64,000 bases of DNA from Candidatus Collierbacteria bacterium (GTDB lineage: Bacteria > Patescibacteriota > Microgenomatia > UBA1400 > JACPES01), in assembly GCA_016183365.1 (NCBI GenBank), contig JACPES010000003.1:473154-537153 (forward strand), in the 5' to 3' direction. Position 1 is the first letter of the stretch; each line of letters starts with the position of its first letter. The notes beneath the pieces are model-generated. The model made no database searches, had not been told where the DNA came from, and saw nothing but the letters and a program-made list of their open reading frames with translations. Of the stretch, positions 29,958 to 39,106 are shown one piece after another. The position numbers and the translations under genes were made by a program.

Positions 29958-30712
29958 AATTGACTGCAATAGTTTTGATTGGGCAAAATGACAAGATGAA
30001 AGCTAAACAGGCAATAGATTCTTTGTCGTTTGCGGATGAAATAATTGTAGTTAAGGAAAAATTTCCGATTAATGATTTTGGCGAAGTCAGGAATAGGGCT
30101 TTGGATAGGGCTAAAGGAGAATGGGTGTTGTTTGTGGATAGTGATGAAAAAGTGACGCAACAACTCGCTAGAGAAATCAAGCGAGTTATCAAATTTTCAA
30201 GCCAAGGTTATTTTTTACAGCGACAAGATAAATTTCTTGGTAGGTGGTTGAAGCATGGGGAGACGGCCAGTGTCAAATTGTTGAGATTAGCTAAAAAAAA
30301 TGCCGGCCGATGGGTTAGGCCGGTGCATGAAGTATGGAAGGTTAAGGGCGAAACAGGGGAATTGAAGAATCCCCTATTGCATTATTCTCATGAAGCGGTC
30401 GAAGGGATGGTTGAGAAATTAGACAGATATAGCGGGATGGAGGCGGGGTATAAAAATAGACAAATGGTTAGATGGTTAGAATGGTTAAAATGGCTGAACT
30501 GTATTCGATTAATATCGTTTCCTGTAGGCAAATTCGTCCTTAACTATTTTTTTCGTCTGGGGTTTTTGGACGGGATGGAGGGATTTATCCACGCCGGAAT
30601 GATGAGCGGGCATTCGTTTTTGGTACGAGCGAAGCTCTTAAAGCGGTACGAATCTACCTGCCAGATTTCGCATGGACGAAGTCCAGATGGGCGGGCGAAT
30701 TCATCCGAATGA
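29954..30712 (+). CDS. Glycosyltransferase family 2 (KdtX/WaaE-like)
   Basis: FADEIIV, WVLFVDSDE, VHE, LLHYS, GFLDGMEG. Confidence 0.88.
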   Translation: MKLTAIVLIGQNDKMKAKQAIDSLSFADEIIVVKEKFPINDFGEVRNRALDRAKGEWVLFVDSDEKVTQQLAREIKRVIKFSSQGYFLQRQDKFLGRWLKHGETASVKLLRLAKKNAGRWVRPVHEVWKVKGETGELKNPLLHYSHEAVEGMVEKLDRYSGMEAGYKNRQMVRWLEWLKWLNCIRLISFPVGKFVLNYFFRLGFLDGMEGFIHAGMMSGHSFLVRAKLLKRYESTCQISHGRSPDGRANSSE

Positions 30713-31914
30713 TACGAATAAATAAATTGATGGGATTACTATTTTTAGTCGGGTGGGTGGCGGGGCAAATTACCAGATGGCATGGGAGTTTTCCGGTGAC
30801 GATTCTTGATATGGCGGTGGGGGGAATAGTGATTACGGGAGGGATAAAAGGAGTAAAGAGGATTAAAGGGGTAGGTTTGATATTAATAGCGTCGTGGATT
30901 TTAAGTTTGAGATTATTTTCTTTGGAGCAATCTGTTTCGGGAGGGCTTTATCTTTTAAGGTTTTTGGGGTATTTGTGGATCATTGCCAATGCTGATAAAT
31001 TGTTGGCTCCGGTTAAGAAACTGATTGTACCGGCTTTTTGGATTTTCGTGATTTTTGCTTGGATTCAATACTTGTTTTTGCCGGATACCAGATTTTTGCT
31101 TCAATACGGATGGGATGAGCATTATTATCGGATGATCGGAACGGTGCTGGATCCGAATTATTTGGGGGTGATGTTGGGGATGGTGGGGATATATTTAATA
31201 TACAAATATACAAATAGACAAATAGACAAATGGGGGAAAATATTATTGGCGTTTACTTTTGGCGGATTGGCGCTGACTTATTCTAGAGCGAGTTGGATGG
31301 CGGTTTTAGTATCTGGTATCTGGTATATGGTATATGGGTTGAGCCCCAGCACTACGCTTACTTGCTCCCGTGGTTTACATCCACGCGTCGCAAGAGCGCG
31401 AGTGCGGGGTTCGGGCGTACCAACTGATTTTTCTGGAGAAAAATCAGGGTTCGTCCGAAGGGGATTAGGGATATTGGGCATACTGGGTGTAGTTGCAATA
31501 CTCGGAATATGGTTCATGGCGCCAAAACCCGGTGGGGAAGGAATTAATTTATGGAGGACCAGTTCGATTGAGCAGAGAATTGAAAGTTGGCGGGAGGGAA
31601 TAAATGTTTGGCGGGAACATCCGTGGGTTGGAGTGGGATTTAATAACTATGCAGCGGCTAGAGATAAAGTACCAGAAGAAAGAAATCATGCTGAGAACGC
31701 GCCGAGCAGTAGCTGGATTTTGCTATTGGCGACGACGGGGATTATAGGAATGGGTTGGTTAGCGATGGTTGGATGGTTGGCAGTCAGAAATTCAAATAGA
31801 TTGCTGGTGGGGATTTTGGTGATGATCGGAATTCACTCAATTTTGAATAATACCATTTTTTATCCACCAATTTTGGGTTTATTAGCTATGATTAAGGTTG
31901 CCAACGCAGAGTAA
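30709..31914 (+). CDS. O-antigen ligase/polymerase family membrane protein
   Basis: RMIGTVLDPNY, LTYSRASW, HPWVGVGFNNY. Confidence 0.85.
   Translation: MIRINKLMGLLFLVGWVAGQITRWHGSFPVTILDMAVGGIVITGGIKGVKRIKGVGLILIASWILSLRLFSLEQSVSGGLYLLRFLGYLWIIANADKLLAPVKKLIVPAFWIFVIFAWIQYLFLPDTRFLLQYGWDEHYYRMIGTVLDPNYLGVMLGMVGIYLIYKYTNRQIDKWGKILLAFTFGGLALTYSRASWMAVLVSGIWYMVYGLSPSTTLTCSRGLHPRVARARVRGSGVPTDFSGEKSGFVRRGLGILGILGVVAILGIWFMAPKPGGEGINLWRTSSIEQRIESWREGINVWREHPWVGVGFNNYAAARDKVPEERNHAENAPSSSWILLLATTGIIGMGWLAMVGWLAVRNSNRLLVGILVMIGIHSILNNTIFYPPILGLLAMIKVANAE
31343..31458 (+). repeat. Family A double-hairpin element, copy 3 (in the O-antigen ligase, different reading frame)
   Basis: GCCCCAGCACTACGCT...AGCGCGAGTGCGGGG-TTCGGGCGTACC...GGGTTCGTCCGA. 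Confidence 0.88.
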
Positions 31915-32614
31915 TTTTTTTCTCGGTTTGGTTTTCGGCTTTATCTTTGGCTAAAATCGTAATTTCATTTTCACCTTCATGGAGTTGAAATTTAGACGAA
32001 AACGAGCCATCTGATTGGACTGAAACGTATCTATTGTTGAGAATCAACGAGGTTTCAGCCTCTGTTTTGCCGTTGATTTCCACCGTTTTTTGATCCTGGC
32101 CGTGAAGAATCGATCCGTCCGACGGAGACTCTATTGTCAGCACAGGTGATTCATCATCGAGGTTAATAGTGATTGATTGGGATTCTTTGCTTTCATTTAA
32201 AGAGGTGTCGGTGTATTTAATCGAAACAAAATTGTCACCCTTGTTCAATTGAATTTTAGTTTCAAAATAACCATCCGAGTCGGATTCTGATGAACCTGTC
32301 AAACTGCCGTTAATAGTTAAAGATACTTTAGCCCTCGGACTGGCATAACCGCTGATAGCTATTTGGGCGCTATTTGTGGCAATGGGAGTTGAATTTATGA
32401 CCGGCGCGGGTAAAAGCCGTTTTTGTTCCTGGGAAACGGGCTGGTTTTTCGGAGCTAAGAAAATGGCCATTTTCACCAGCAATTCCAAACCGAATTTGAC
32501 GGAAATAAAACCAATGGCTAATATTATGATTAAAGAAAACAATATTAGCCTTGAAGTTTTTCTTCTTTCGACATCGGCTAAGCGGGAACGGGGCCTGCGT
32601 CTAGAAAATCTCAT
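31892..32614 (-). CDS. Membrane-anchored bacterial Ig-like domain protein
   Basis: TM helix then repeated beta-rich units (DGYF...LNKGDN, DGSF...LHEGEN...AKDKAEN). Confidence 0.75.
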   Translation of the reverse strand: MRFSRRRPRSRLADVERRKTSRLILFSLIIILAIGFISVKFGLELLVKMAIFLAPKNQPVSQEQKRLLPAPVINSTPIATNSAQIAISGYASPRAKVSLTINGSLTGSSESDSDGYFETKIQLNKGDNFVSIKYTDTSLNESKESQSITINLDDESPVLTIESPSDGSILHGQDQKTVEINGKTEAETSLILNNRYVSVQSDGSFSSKFQLHEGENEITILAKDKAENQTEKKITLRWQP

Positions 32615-32941
32615 ATTAATTAGTATACCAATTTGAGCGGAGAAAACCGGATTCTATCACGGTCATGCGACCTGGCGCCATATTGAATGATATGACGGAA
32701 GCCGACACAGCGTCAATGAGATTTATTAAAGATAAATAAAGCTTAACAATTGCTATTTTTTCGCGCAACAAGCTCTCCGCCCGTATTTTTCCATACTGTC
32801 AATTATTCGTGTACAGGGTTTTTGACATCATCGAATATAAAAGCAATACTTCAATTATTTAAATAATTGAAGTAATTATAGATATCTTTTAAAGTTGGTG
32901 GCAAGAACTAAGATAAGGCTACTGAATAAGGCAAATCACTT

Positions 32942-32960
32942 TGGAGCCCCCTGTCGGAAT
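32942..32960 (-). other. Isolated tRNA-like 3' end (possible att remnant)
   Basis: Minus strand ATTCCGACAGGGGGCTCCA, resembling T-arm 3' half plus acceptor stem plus CCA, with no 5' half. Confidence 0.4.
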
Positions 32961-33058
32961 AGTCCCGCGAAGCCCCGTACCGACTGGTATAGGGCAAAGC
33001 GGGATATGGCTCCGCCAGAGACACACATCGGCGTTGTATTTGTTTATCGAGACACTTG

Positions 33059-33131
33059 AGCCAAGAGTGGGGATCGGACCCACGACCCCCGCTTTACGAA
33101 AGCGGTGCTCTACCAACTGAGCTATCTTGGC
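33059..33131 (-). tRNA. tRNA-Thr(CGT)
   Basis: Minus strand GCCAAGA...TCTTGGC; anticodon arm CCGCT-TTCGTAA-AGCGG. Confidence 0.92.
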
Positions 33132-33155
33132 AATTGTATTATTATAGAGCTGAAT

Positions 33156-34394
33156 ATGGTTTATTCCAATCACCGGAGATTAATTGTCGGATTATCAGCC
33201 GGAATTTTAATTATATTTGTATTCTTAAATTCTTTGTTTTTTAAACTATTGGTTAATTCCCCGCAGGTTTTCGGTTTATATCAGCCAAAGAAGGTCTTAG
33301 TTTTGCTTCAAAATAACCGCGAACTCCGTCCCACCGGCGGTTTTATGGGATCTTACACCACATTCACTTTTGATAAATTCAAAATCAAGGATTTCCGAAC
33401 ATACGATATTTACGATGCTGACGGCCATGTTTCGAACTATATAACTCCGCCAGAAGCCATCCAGACCGCTTTCCAACTTGGTTCCTGGAGGTTGAGGGAC
33501 GCTAATTGGAGTCCTGATTTCCCTCAATCGGCCAAAACCATTTTATGGTTCTTTGAGCAAGCCGGAATAGAAAACCCCGATATCTTTGCAGCTGTTAATT
33601 TATCAGCCGTCGAAAAAGTGTTTAAGATTTTATCTCACGATTTATATCTTAGCGATTACAACCTTAATGTTTCAGTCGAAACTTTATGGGATATTACCCA
33701 ACAACGCTCTCAAGCTGATTTTTTCCCCGGATCTAAGCAGAAAAAGGAGTTTATTTATGATTTGTCTAAGGAATTGATAAATGAATTTGGCAAATTGTCT
33801 GTCTTTCAAAAAATCAAATTGTTAAACACATTAACCGGTTTGTTCAAAATAAAGGACATTCAAATTTATTCCGCTAATTCTAGAATTCAGAAAACTTTTA
33901 CTGATCTAGAATGGGATGGAAGTTTAAAAAAACCGCTTTGCCCTAGTTTAATTCCATTTTGCACTCCGGAAAGGATTGAAATTGTCGAGGCCAATTTAGG
34001 ATCTAATAAATCCAATTGTTGCGTTACCCGGAAGGTAAAACTTGAAGTTGAGGAAAACGGTCAAACCATAAATCATAAGCTAAAAATCACTTTTTCTAAT
34101 CAGGATAATGACCAAAATAAAAAGTGGGGGGGTAGATATCTAGCTAATGTCAGGCTATTTGTTAATGATGAAGAGATGAAAAAATGGGTTAACATTTTGC
34201 CTGGATCGGAGCAAACCATTGATTTTGATTATCAACTAAATGCCGGTAACAGCTTTTTTTCTACGCTTTTCTTAACCATCCAAAAACAATCAGGGGTTGA
34301 TAAACTGCCAATAGATATTTTCTTCAAAAACGGTTTGGTCAACGGTCAAAGACACTTTGAAATAACTTCTGACAAGAATTTATGGTTGTTGTAA
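33156..34394 (+). CDS. DUF4012-like protein
   Basis: LLQNNRELRPTGGFMGSY, RDANWSPDFP, ANLGSNKSN. Confidence 0.8.
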   Translation: MVYSNHRRLIVGLSAGILIIFVFLNSLFFKLLVNSPQVFGLYQPKKVLVLLQNNRELRPTGGFMGSYTTFTFDKFKIKDFRTYDIYDADGHVSNYITPPEAIQTAFQLGSWRLRDANWSPDFPQSAKTILWFFEQAGIENPDIFAAVNLSAVEKVFKILSHDLYLSDYNLNVSVETLWDITQQRSQADFFPGSKQKKEFIYDLSKELINEFGKLSVFQKIKLLNTLTGLFKIKDIQIYSANSRIQKTFTDLEWDGSLKKPLCPSLIPFCTPERIEIVEANLGSNKSNCCVTRKVKLEVEENGQTINHKLKITFSNQDNDQNKKWGGRYLANVRLFVNDEEMKKWVNILPGSEQTIDFDYQLNAGNSFFSTLFLTIQKQSGVDKLPIDIFFKNGLVNGQRHFEITSDKNLWLL

Positions 34395-34413
34395 AATCAA
34401 CTGACTACAAATT

Positions 34414-34484
34414 GCGGGTGTAGTTCACTGGTAGAATGCTACCTTCCCAAGGTGGAGAAGTGGGTCCGATTCCCATCACCCGCT
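34414..34484 (+). tRNA. tRNA-Gly(CCC)
   Basis: GCGGGTG...CACCCGC-T; anticodon arm CTACC-TTCCCAA-GGTGG. Confidence 0.92.
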
Positions 34485-34756
34485 CCCGAGTCTAACTCGG
34501 TTTATCCGAGGGAGATGAGGAGGGAAGTCTGACTTCCCCATTTTACTGTATATAATTTATAAAAACGTTAGACGTTTCAATTTTTATAAAAGATCGTAAG
34601 CATTGGAATAAGTTAGTAGAAAAACTTCGGGCAGAAGGAAGTGAATCGGCGACAAAATGTCACGGTTTGAAAATGTTGGTTGTTGACGGAAAAGCGTGTA
34701 GATTGGCAATGCTATAGCATAGTCAATCTACAATAAATTAATCTAAAGATAGATAT

Positions 34757-35368
34757 TTATTTAGGCAGGGAGAGCTTTGTGCCGGAGATGAGCAGGTTTG
34801 GGTTACGGCCGATTTTGGCCTTGTTTAGTTGATAAATTTTAACCCATTGATAGCCATCTCCGTAAACATTAACAGCGATTTTCCAAAGTGAATCATTGGA
34901 TTTAACAATATATTCTGATTCAGGTTGAATTTTAGTTTCAGCCGCCGTAATTTCCACTTTTATTTCTTTACCATCCATTACGGTTTGTTTTTTGGGCATG
35001 GTATCAGGGATAATCAATTTTTGGCCTGTTTCAATTAAATTTGCATTTTTTATTTTATTGGCGGCAGAGATATCCACCCAATTATAACCCGACTTAAAAT
35101 ACTTTTCAGAGATTGACCATAATGTTTCTCCGGATTGAACTTCATGGACATTGGTTGCAGAAGTAGCGCCGTTTACCCGATTTAAGTCTTCAGTTTTTAT
35201 TTCAGAAATGTCAACATCGTTTTGAGGAAGTTGAGTTGAGGGCTTGCTCTTGAAATAATTGAATAAAAGGCTGCCGATGGTGATTACAACGGCTACTCCC
35301 ATCAAAGTGGAAATTAAAGATTCGTTGGATCTTATATTTTTAAGGAGAGATTTAATTTTTTGTTCCAT
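34757..35368 (-). CDS. LysM peptidoglycan-binding protein with two LysM domains
   Basis: HEVQSGETLWSISEKY and YIVKSNDSLWKIAVNVYG. Confidence 0.9.
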   Translation of the reverse strand: MEQKIKSLLKNIRSNESLISTLMGVAVVITIGSLLFNYFKSKPSTQLPQNDVDISEIKTEDLNRVNGATSATNVHEVQSGETLWSISEKYFKSGYNWVDISAANKIKNANLIETGQKLIIPDTMPKKQTVMDGKEIKVEITAAETKIQPESEYIVKSNDSLWKIAVNVYGDGYQWVKIYQLNKAKIGRNPNLLISGTKLSLPK

Positions 35369-35453
35369 AATGAAAGTAGGTACTTTCGCTGACGAAACTA
35401 ACTACTTTCGGATAGTAAATAATACGAAGGTAAATGTCAAGAGGGGAAATTTG

Positions 35454-35527
35454 CGGGGCCGACGGGATTCGAACCCGCGACCTCCTGCGTGACAGGCAGG
35501 CGCTCTAACCAACTGAGCTACGACCCC
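35454..35527 (-). tRNA. tRNA-Asp(GTC)
   Basis: Minus strand GGGGTCGTAGCTCAGTTGG...CCTGC-CTGTCAC-GCAGG...GGTTCGAATCCCGTCGGCCCCG. Confidence 0.95.
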
Positions 35528-35571
35528 ACATTTACAGTTTATGATACCATTTTTGGGAGGAGAAGAAGCTT

Positions 35572-37374
35572 ATGGTAGCGGTTTCTAACAATCAATCTAT
35601 CGCCAAAATGCTGTTTGAGGTGGCGGCGGTTTTGGAAGTGACCGGAGGCGACCGATTCAGAATTCGGGCTTATCGGGAAGCGGCCAACTCGATCGAGACT
35701 TATCCGGTCGAAGTCCGTGATTTGTGGGAGCACAGGAATTTAGGAGATGTGGCCGGAGTAGGAAAAGCTATGGCCGGTTATTTGGATGAATTTTTTAGGA
35801 CCGGAAAGGTAAAACATTTTGATTCTATTAAAAAGAAAGTCCCGGCCGGAATGTTTCCTTTGCTTAATGTGAGTGAGATCGGGCCTAAGACGGCTTTTGT
35901 CCTTTCTAAAGAGCTGGGGTTAGTTAAGGCCCAAATTGCGATTGATAAGCTTAAAAGAGCTGCTACGGACGGTGAGATAGCCAAGATTGAAGGCTTCGGG
36001 GAAGAATCTCAAGCAAAGATTTTATCCGCTATCAAGGAAGCCGAGTCGAGAGAAAATAAGATACTTTTACCTGTGGCCCAAGAGTTGGCAGATAAAGTTA
36101 TTGGCTATCTCCAAAAACAGCCCGGGATTATTAAAGTCGAGGCTTTGGGTAGTTTGAGAAGAAAATCTGCTTTAGTCGGAGATATAGATATAGGCGTTGC
36201 CGTTTCAAACCCGAAAGCAATCGCGGAAAGTTTTATCAAATTTCCTGAATTTATCAAGATATTGGCAACCGGAGACAAAGTTTGCCGGGCGATTCACCGC
36301 ACCGGACGGCAAGTTGACTTAAAAATTGAGCCGTTGGAAAGTTTTGGTTCTATGTTGCAACATTTTACGGGGAGTAAGGAACATAATATTGCTTTGAGGG
36401 AGTACGCGCTGAAAAAAGGTTACTCGTTGTCGGAGCATGGGGTTAGAGAACAGAAAGCAGAGAACAGAGAACAGGAATCAGGAAACAAGAAACAGGGAAT
36501 AAGAAGGTTCGGAACGGAAGAAGAATTTTATAAAGCCCTCGGCATGCCGTGGATTCCGCCGGAATTGCGGGAAAATCGCGGAGAGATTGAAGTCGGCTTA
36601 TCAGGCAAACTTCCAAAGTTGCTGGAATTATTAGATATCAAAGGCGATTTTCATACCCATTCTGATTTTGATATTGAAACCAGCCATGATACCGGAGCTT
36701 CAGGTTTAATTGATCTGGTAAATACTGCTAAAAGATTGGGATACGAATACATCGCTGTATCTGATCACAATCCGTCTACTTCAAATCACAATCATAATCA
36801 AATAATAGACCTTATAAAGCGGAGAAATGATTATATTGATAAATTTATTTCATCTCATGAAATGGATGTGAAAATAAAAATATTTAAATCCCTCGAAATA
36901 GATATATCCGGCGATGGATCAATCGCTATTCCAGATTCGGCATTGGAGCTTTTGGATTTTGGCATAATTTCAATTCACAGTCAGTTTGTTGCCGACGAGA
37001 GCAAGCAAACGGCCAGAATTTTAAGAGCTCTTTCACATCCTAAAGTCAAAATACTGGGCCATCCGACTGGCAGGCAGCTCTTAAAACGGAACGGAATCAA
37101 TTGCGATTGGGATAAAATATTTGATTTTTGCTCCCAAAAAAATATTTGGTTGGAAGCTAACGGAAATCCGTTTAGAATGGATTTGCCGGATCAATTAATC
37201 CAGAAGGCAAAGAATTTTGGGGTTAAATTTACTTTGGGTACAGACAGCCATAATTTCAGTCAGATGGAGTATATGCCGTCCGGAGTTTCGTTGGCAAGAA
37301 GGGGATGGCTTGAGAAGAAAGACGTGATAAACTGTTTGGAATATAATGAAGTAAAAGAAAAGTTAAAAGGCTGA
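35572..37374 (+). CDS. polX: DNA polymerase X with PHP domain
   Basis: FRIRAY, GSLRR, GDIDI, HFTGSKEHN, GDFHTHS, GHPTGR, GTDSH. Confidence 0.93.
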   Translation: MVAVSNNQSIAKMLFEVAAVLEVTGGDRFRIRAYREAANSIETYPVEVRDLWEHRNLGDVAGVGKAMAGYLDEFFRTGKVKHFDSIKKKVPAGMFPLLNVSEIGPKTAFVLSKELGLVKAQIAIDKLKRAATDGEIAKIEGFGEESQAKILSAIKEAESRENKILLPVAQELADKVIGYLQKQPGIIKVEALGSLRRKSALVGDIDIGVAVSNPKAIAESFIKFPEFIKILATGDKVCRAIHRTGRQVDLKIEPLESFGSMLQHFTGSKEHNIALREYALKKGYSLSEHGVREQKAENREQESGNKKQGIRRFGTEEEFYKALGMPWIPPELRENRGEIEVGLSGKLPKLLELLDIKGDFHTHSDFDIETSHDTGASGLIDLVNTAKRLGYEYIAVSDHNPSTSNHNHNQIIDLIKRRNDYIDKFISSHEMDVKIKIFKSLEIDISGDGSIAIPDSALELLDFGIISIHSQFVADESKQTARILRALSHPKVKILGHPTGRQLLKRNGINCDWDKIFDFCSQKNIWLEANGNPFRMDLPDQLIQKAKNFGVKFTLGTDSHNFSQMEYMPSGVSLARRGWLEKKDVINCLEYNEVKEKLKG

Positions 37375-37430
37375 AAGGTTAAAAAGGTTGAAAAGGTTAG
37401 AAAGGTTGAAAGAGAGGCGGTGATAATTTT

Positions 37431-38018
37431 ATGAATTTAACAGTAATTTTAATAGCCTTAGCAGTAATAGCTTTAGGCTACATAGTTTCCACATATAATT
37501 CGTTTCAGACGATTAAAACCAGAATTAAAGCCAGCATTCAGGAGATTGGCAATCAGTTGAAAAGACAGACGGATTTAATTCCAAATCTGGAAACCAGTGT
37601 TAAGGGATACCTGAAACACGAGAAGTCGATTTTTGACAAACTGACTGATGCCCGGAAATCCGTGTCGGAAGCGGTGAAAACCGGTAATTTAAATAACGCC
37701 CAAGACGCGGCCGGAAAGCTGACCCAATTGATTCCGGCATTGCAGGTTTTGGTTGAGAGTAACCCGGAACTTAAGGCGAATACGACTGTCGCCAGTTTGA
37801 TGGATGAACTAAGGGATACTTCCGACAAAGTGATGTATTCTAGACGGACATTAATTGATTTAACGGCTGATTACAACCAAATGCTGGTGACTTTCCCCTC
37901 CAATATGGTTGGTAATTTATTCGGGATGAAGCAAGAAAAGGGCTTGGAGATGCCGGAAAGCGGAGAATTTTTGAAGGTGTCGGCAGATGAGACAAAGAGC
38001 CCGAAAGTGGAACTGTAA
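37431..38018 (+). CDS. lemA: LemA family protein
   Basis: QLKRQTDLIPNL, ESNPELKAN, FPSN. Confidence 0.92.
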   Translation: MNLTVILIALAVIALGYIVSTYNSFQTIKTRIKASIQEIGNQLKRQTDLIPNLETSVKGYLKHEKSIFDKLTDARKSVSEAVKTGNLNNAQDAAGKLTQLIPALQVLVESNPELKANTTVASLMDELRDTSDKVMYSRRTLIDLTADYNQMLVTFPSNMVGNLFGMKQEKGLEMPESGEFLKVSADETKSPKVEL

Positions 38019-38020
38019 TA

Positions 38021-38107
38021 GCGATCCGAATGATTCTAATAATCATCCGAATGTTCCGAATAGAAGAAATTCGGATAATTCGAATGTCATTCGTGGATTT
38101 GGATCGC
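38021..38107. mobile_element. Family C non-autonomous element between lemA and htpX
   Basis: GCGATCCGAATG...CATCCGAATGTTCCGAATAG...TGTCATTCGTGGATTTGGATCGC, collinear with 3233-3317. Confidence 0.75.
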
Positions 38108-38115
38108 GTTGATGT

Positions 38116-39072
38116 ATGACCAATGTCTATGAACAAGTTGACGCGAACAAGCGAAAAAGTGCCTTGGTAGTGGTGCTTTTTTCGATAGTAACAGCTGTGT
38201 CCGTTTATTTTATCTCCTTAGGATTAAGTTATTATTTAGGGAATTTGTCCCGCGGAGCAGGATCTGGCTTCTCCAGAGGAGGATTTGGGGTATTTGGTTT
38301 CGCATTGATAATTTCCGGTCTAGCCAGTTTTGCCGGGTATTGGTTTAGCGATAAGATTGTGTTGGGAATTTCCGGAGCCAGACCGGCTGACCGGAAACGT
38401 GACTTTCTTTTTTATACCGTGGCAGAAAACATGAGTTTGGTAGCTCAAGTTCCGATGCCGAAACTCTATGTGATCGACGATACTGCTCCAAATGCTTTTG
38501 CCACCGGCCGTGACCCCCAGCACGCGGTAATATGCGCTACTAGCGGAATTTTAGTGAAACTCAATCGAACTGAATTGGAGGGTGTGATTGCTCACGAAAT
38601 GTCGCACGTTCAAAATTACGATACCAGATTAATGTCGGTTGTTTCCGTTTTGGTCGGGACAGTAGTGCTTCTGGGAGATCTTTTTATCCGAGCCAGTTGG
38701 TGGGGGGGAAGGGGCCGGAGCGATCGTGAAGATCGGGGGACGGGAGCAGTTTTCATTGTCATCGGGCTAATTTTTGCGATTCTGTCTCCGATTGTAGCCC
38801 AGTTAATTCAGTTGGCTATCAGCCGCAAAAGGGAGCTATTGGCCGACGCGTCTGCGGTGAAACTGACCCGCCAACCAGAGGGATTGTTAAAAGCTTTGGT
38901 GAAAATTTCCGCGGATCGGGAACCTTTGGAAGCGGCCAATAAGGCAACGGCGCATTTGTATATCATGAACCCGTTGAAAAATCGGCATGACGCGGTGGGA
39001 TGGTTCGCGGGGTTGTTTAATACCCATCCTCCGTTAGCGGAGAGGGTTAAACAACTGAAAGCGATGACGTAG
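38116..39072 (+). CDS. htpX: Zinc metalloprotease HtpX (M48)
   Basis: PNAFATGR, AHEMSH, SRKRELLAD, THPP. Confidence 0.95.
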   Translation: MTNVYEQVDANKRKSALVVVLFSIVTAVSVYFISLGLSYYLGNLSRGAGSGFSRGGFGVFGFALIISGLASFAGYWFSDKIVLGISGARPADRKRDFLFYTVAENMSLVAQVPMPKLYVIDDTAPNAFATGRDPQHAVICATSGILVKLNRTELEGVIAHEMSHVQNYDTRLMSVVSVLVGTVVLLGDLFIRASWWGGRGRSDREDRGTGAVFIVIGLIFAILSPIVAQLIQLAISRKRELLADASAVKLTRQPEGLLKALVKISADREPLEAANKATAHLYIMNPLKNRHDAVGWFAGLFNTHPPLAERVKQLKAMT

Positions 39073-39106
39073 ATAGAAAAAGATGAATTGGTGATATCAT
39101 AGCTTC

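Noticed and set aside
32942-33131. Intron-containing or split tRNA
   Set aside because: tRNA-Thr is complete on its own, and I found no 5' half complementary to the isolated 3' fragment.
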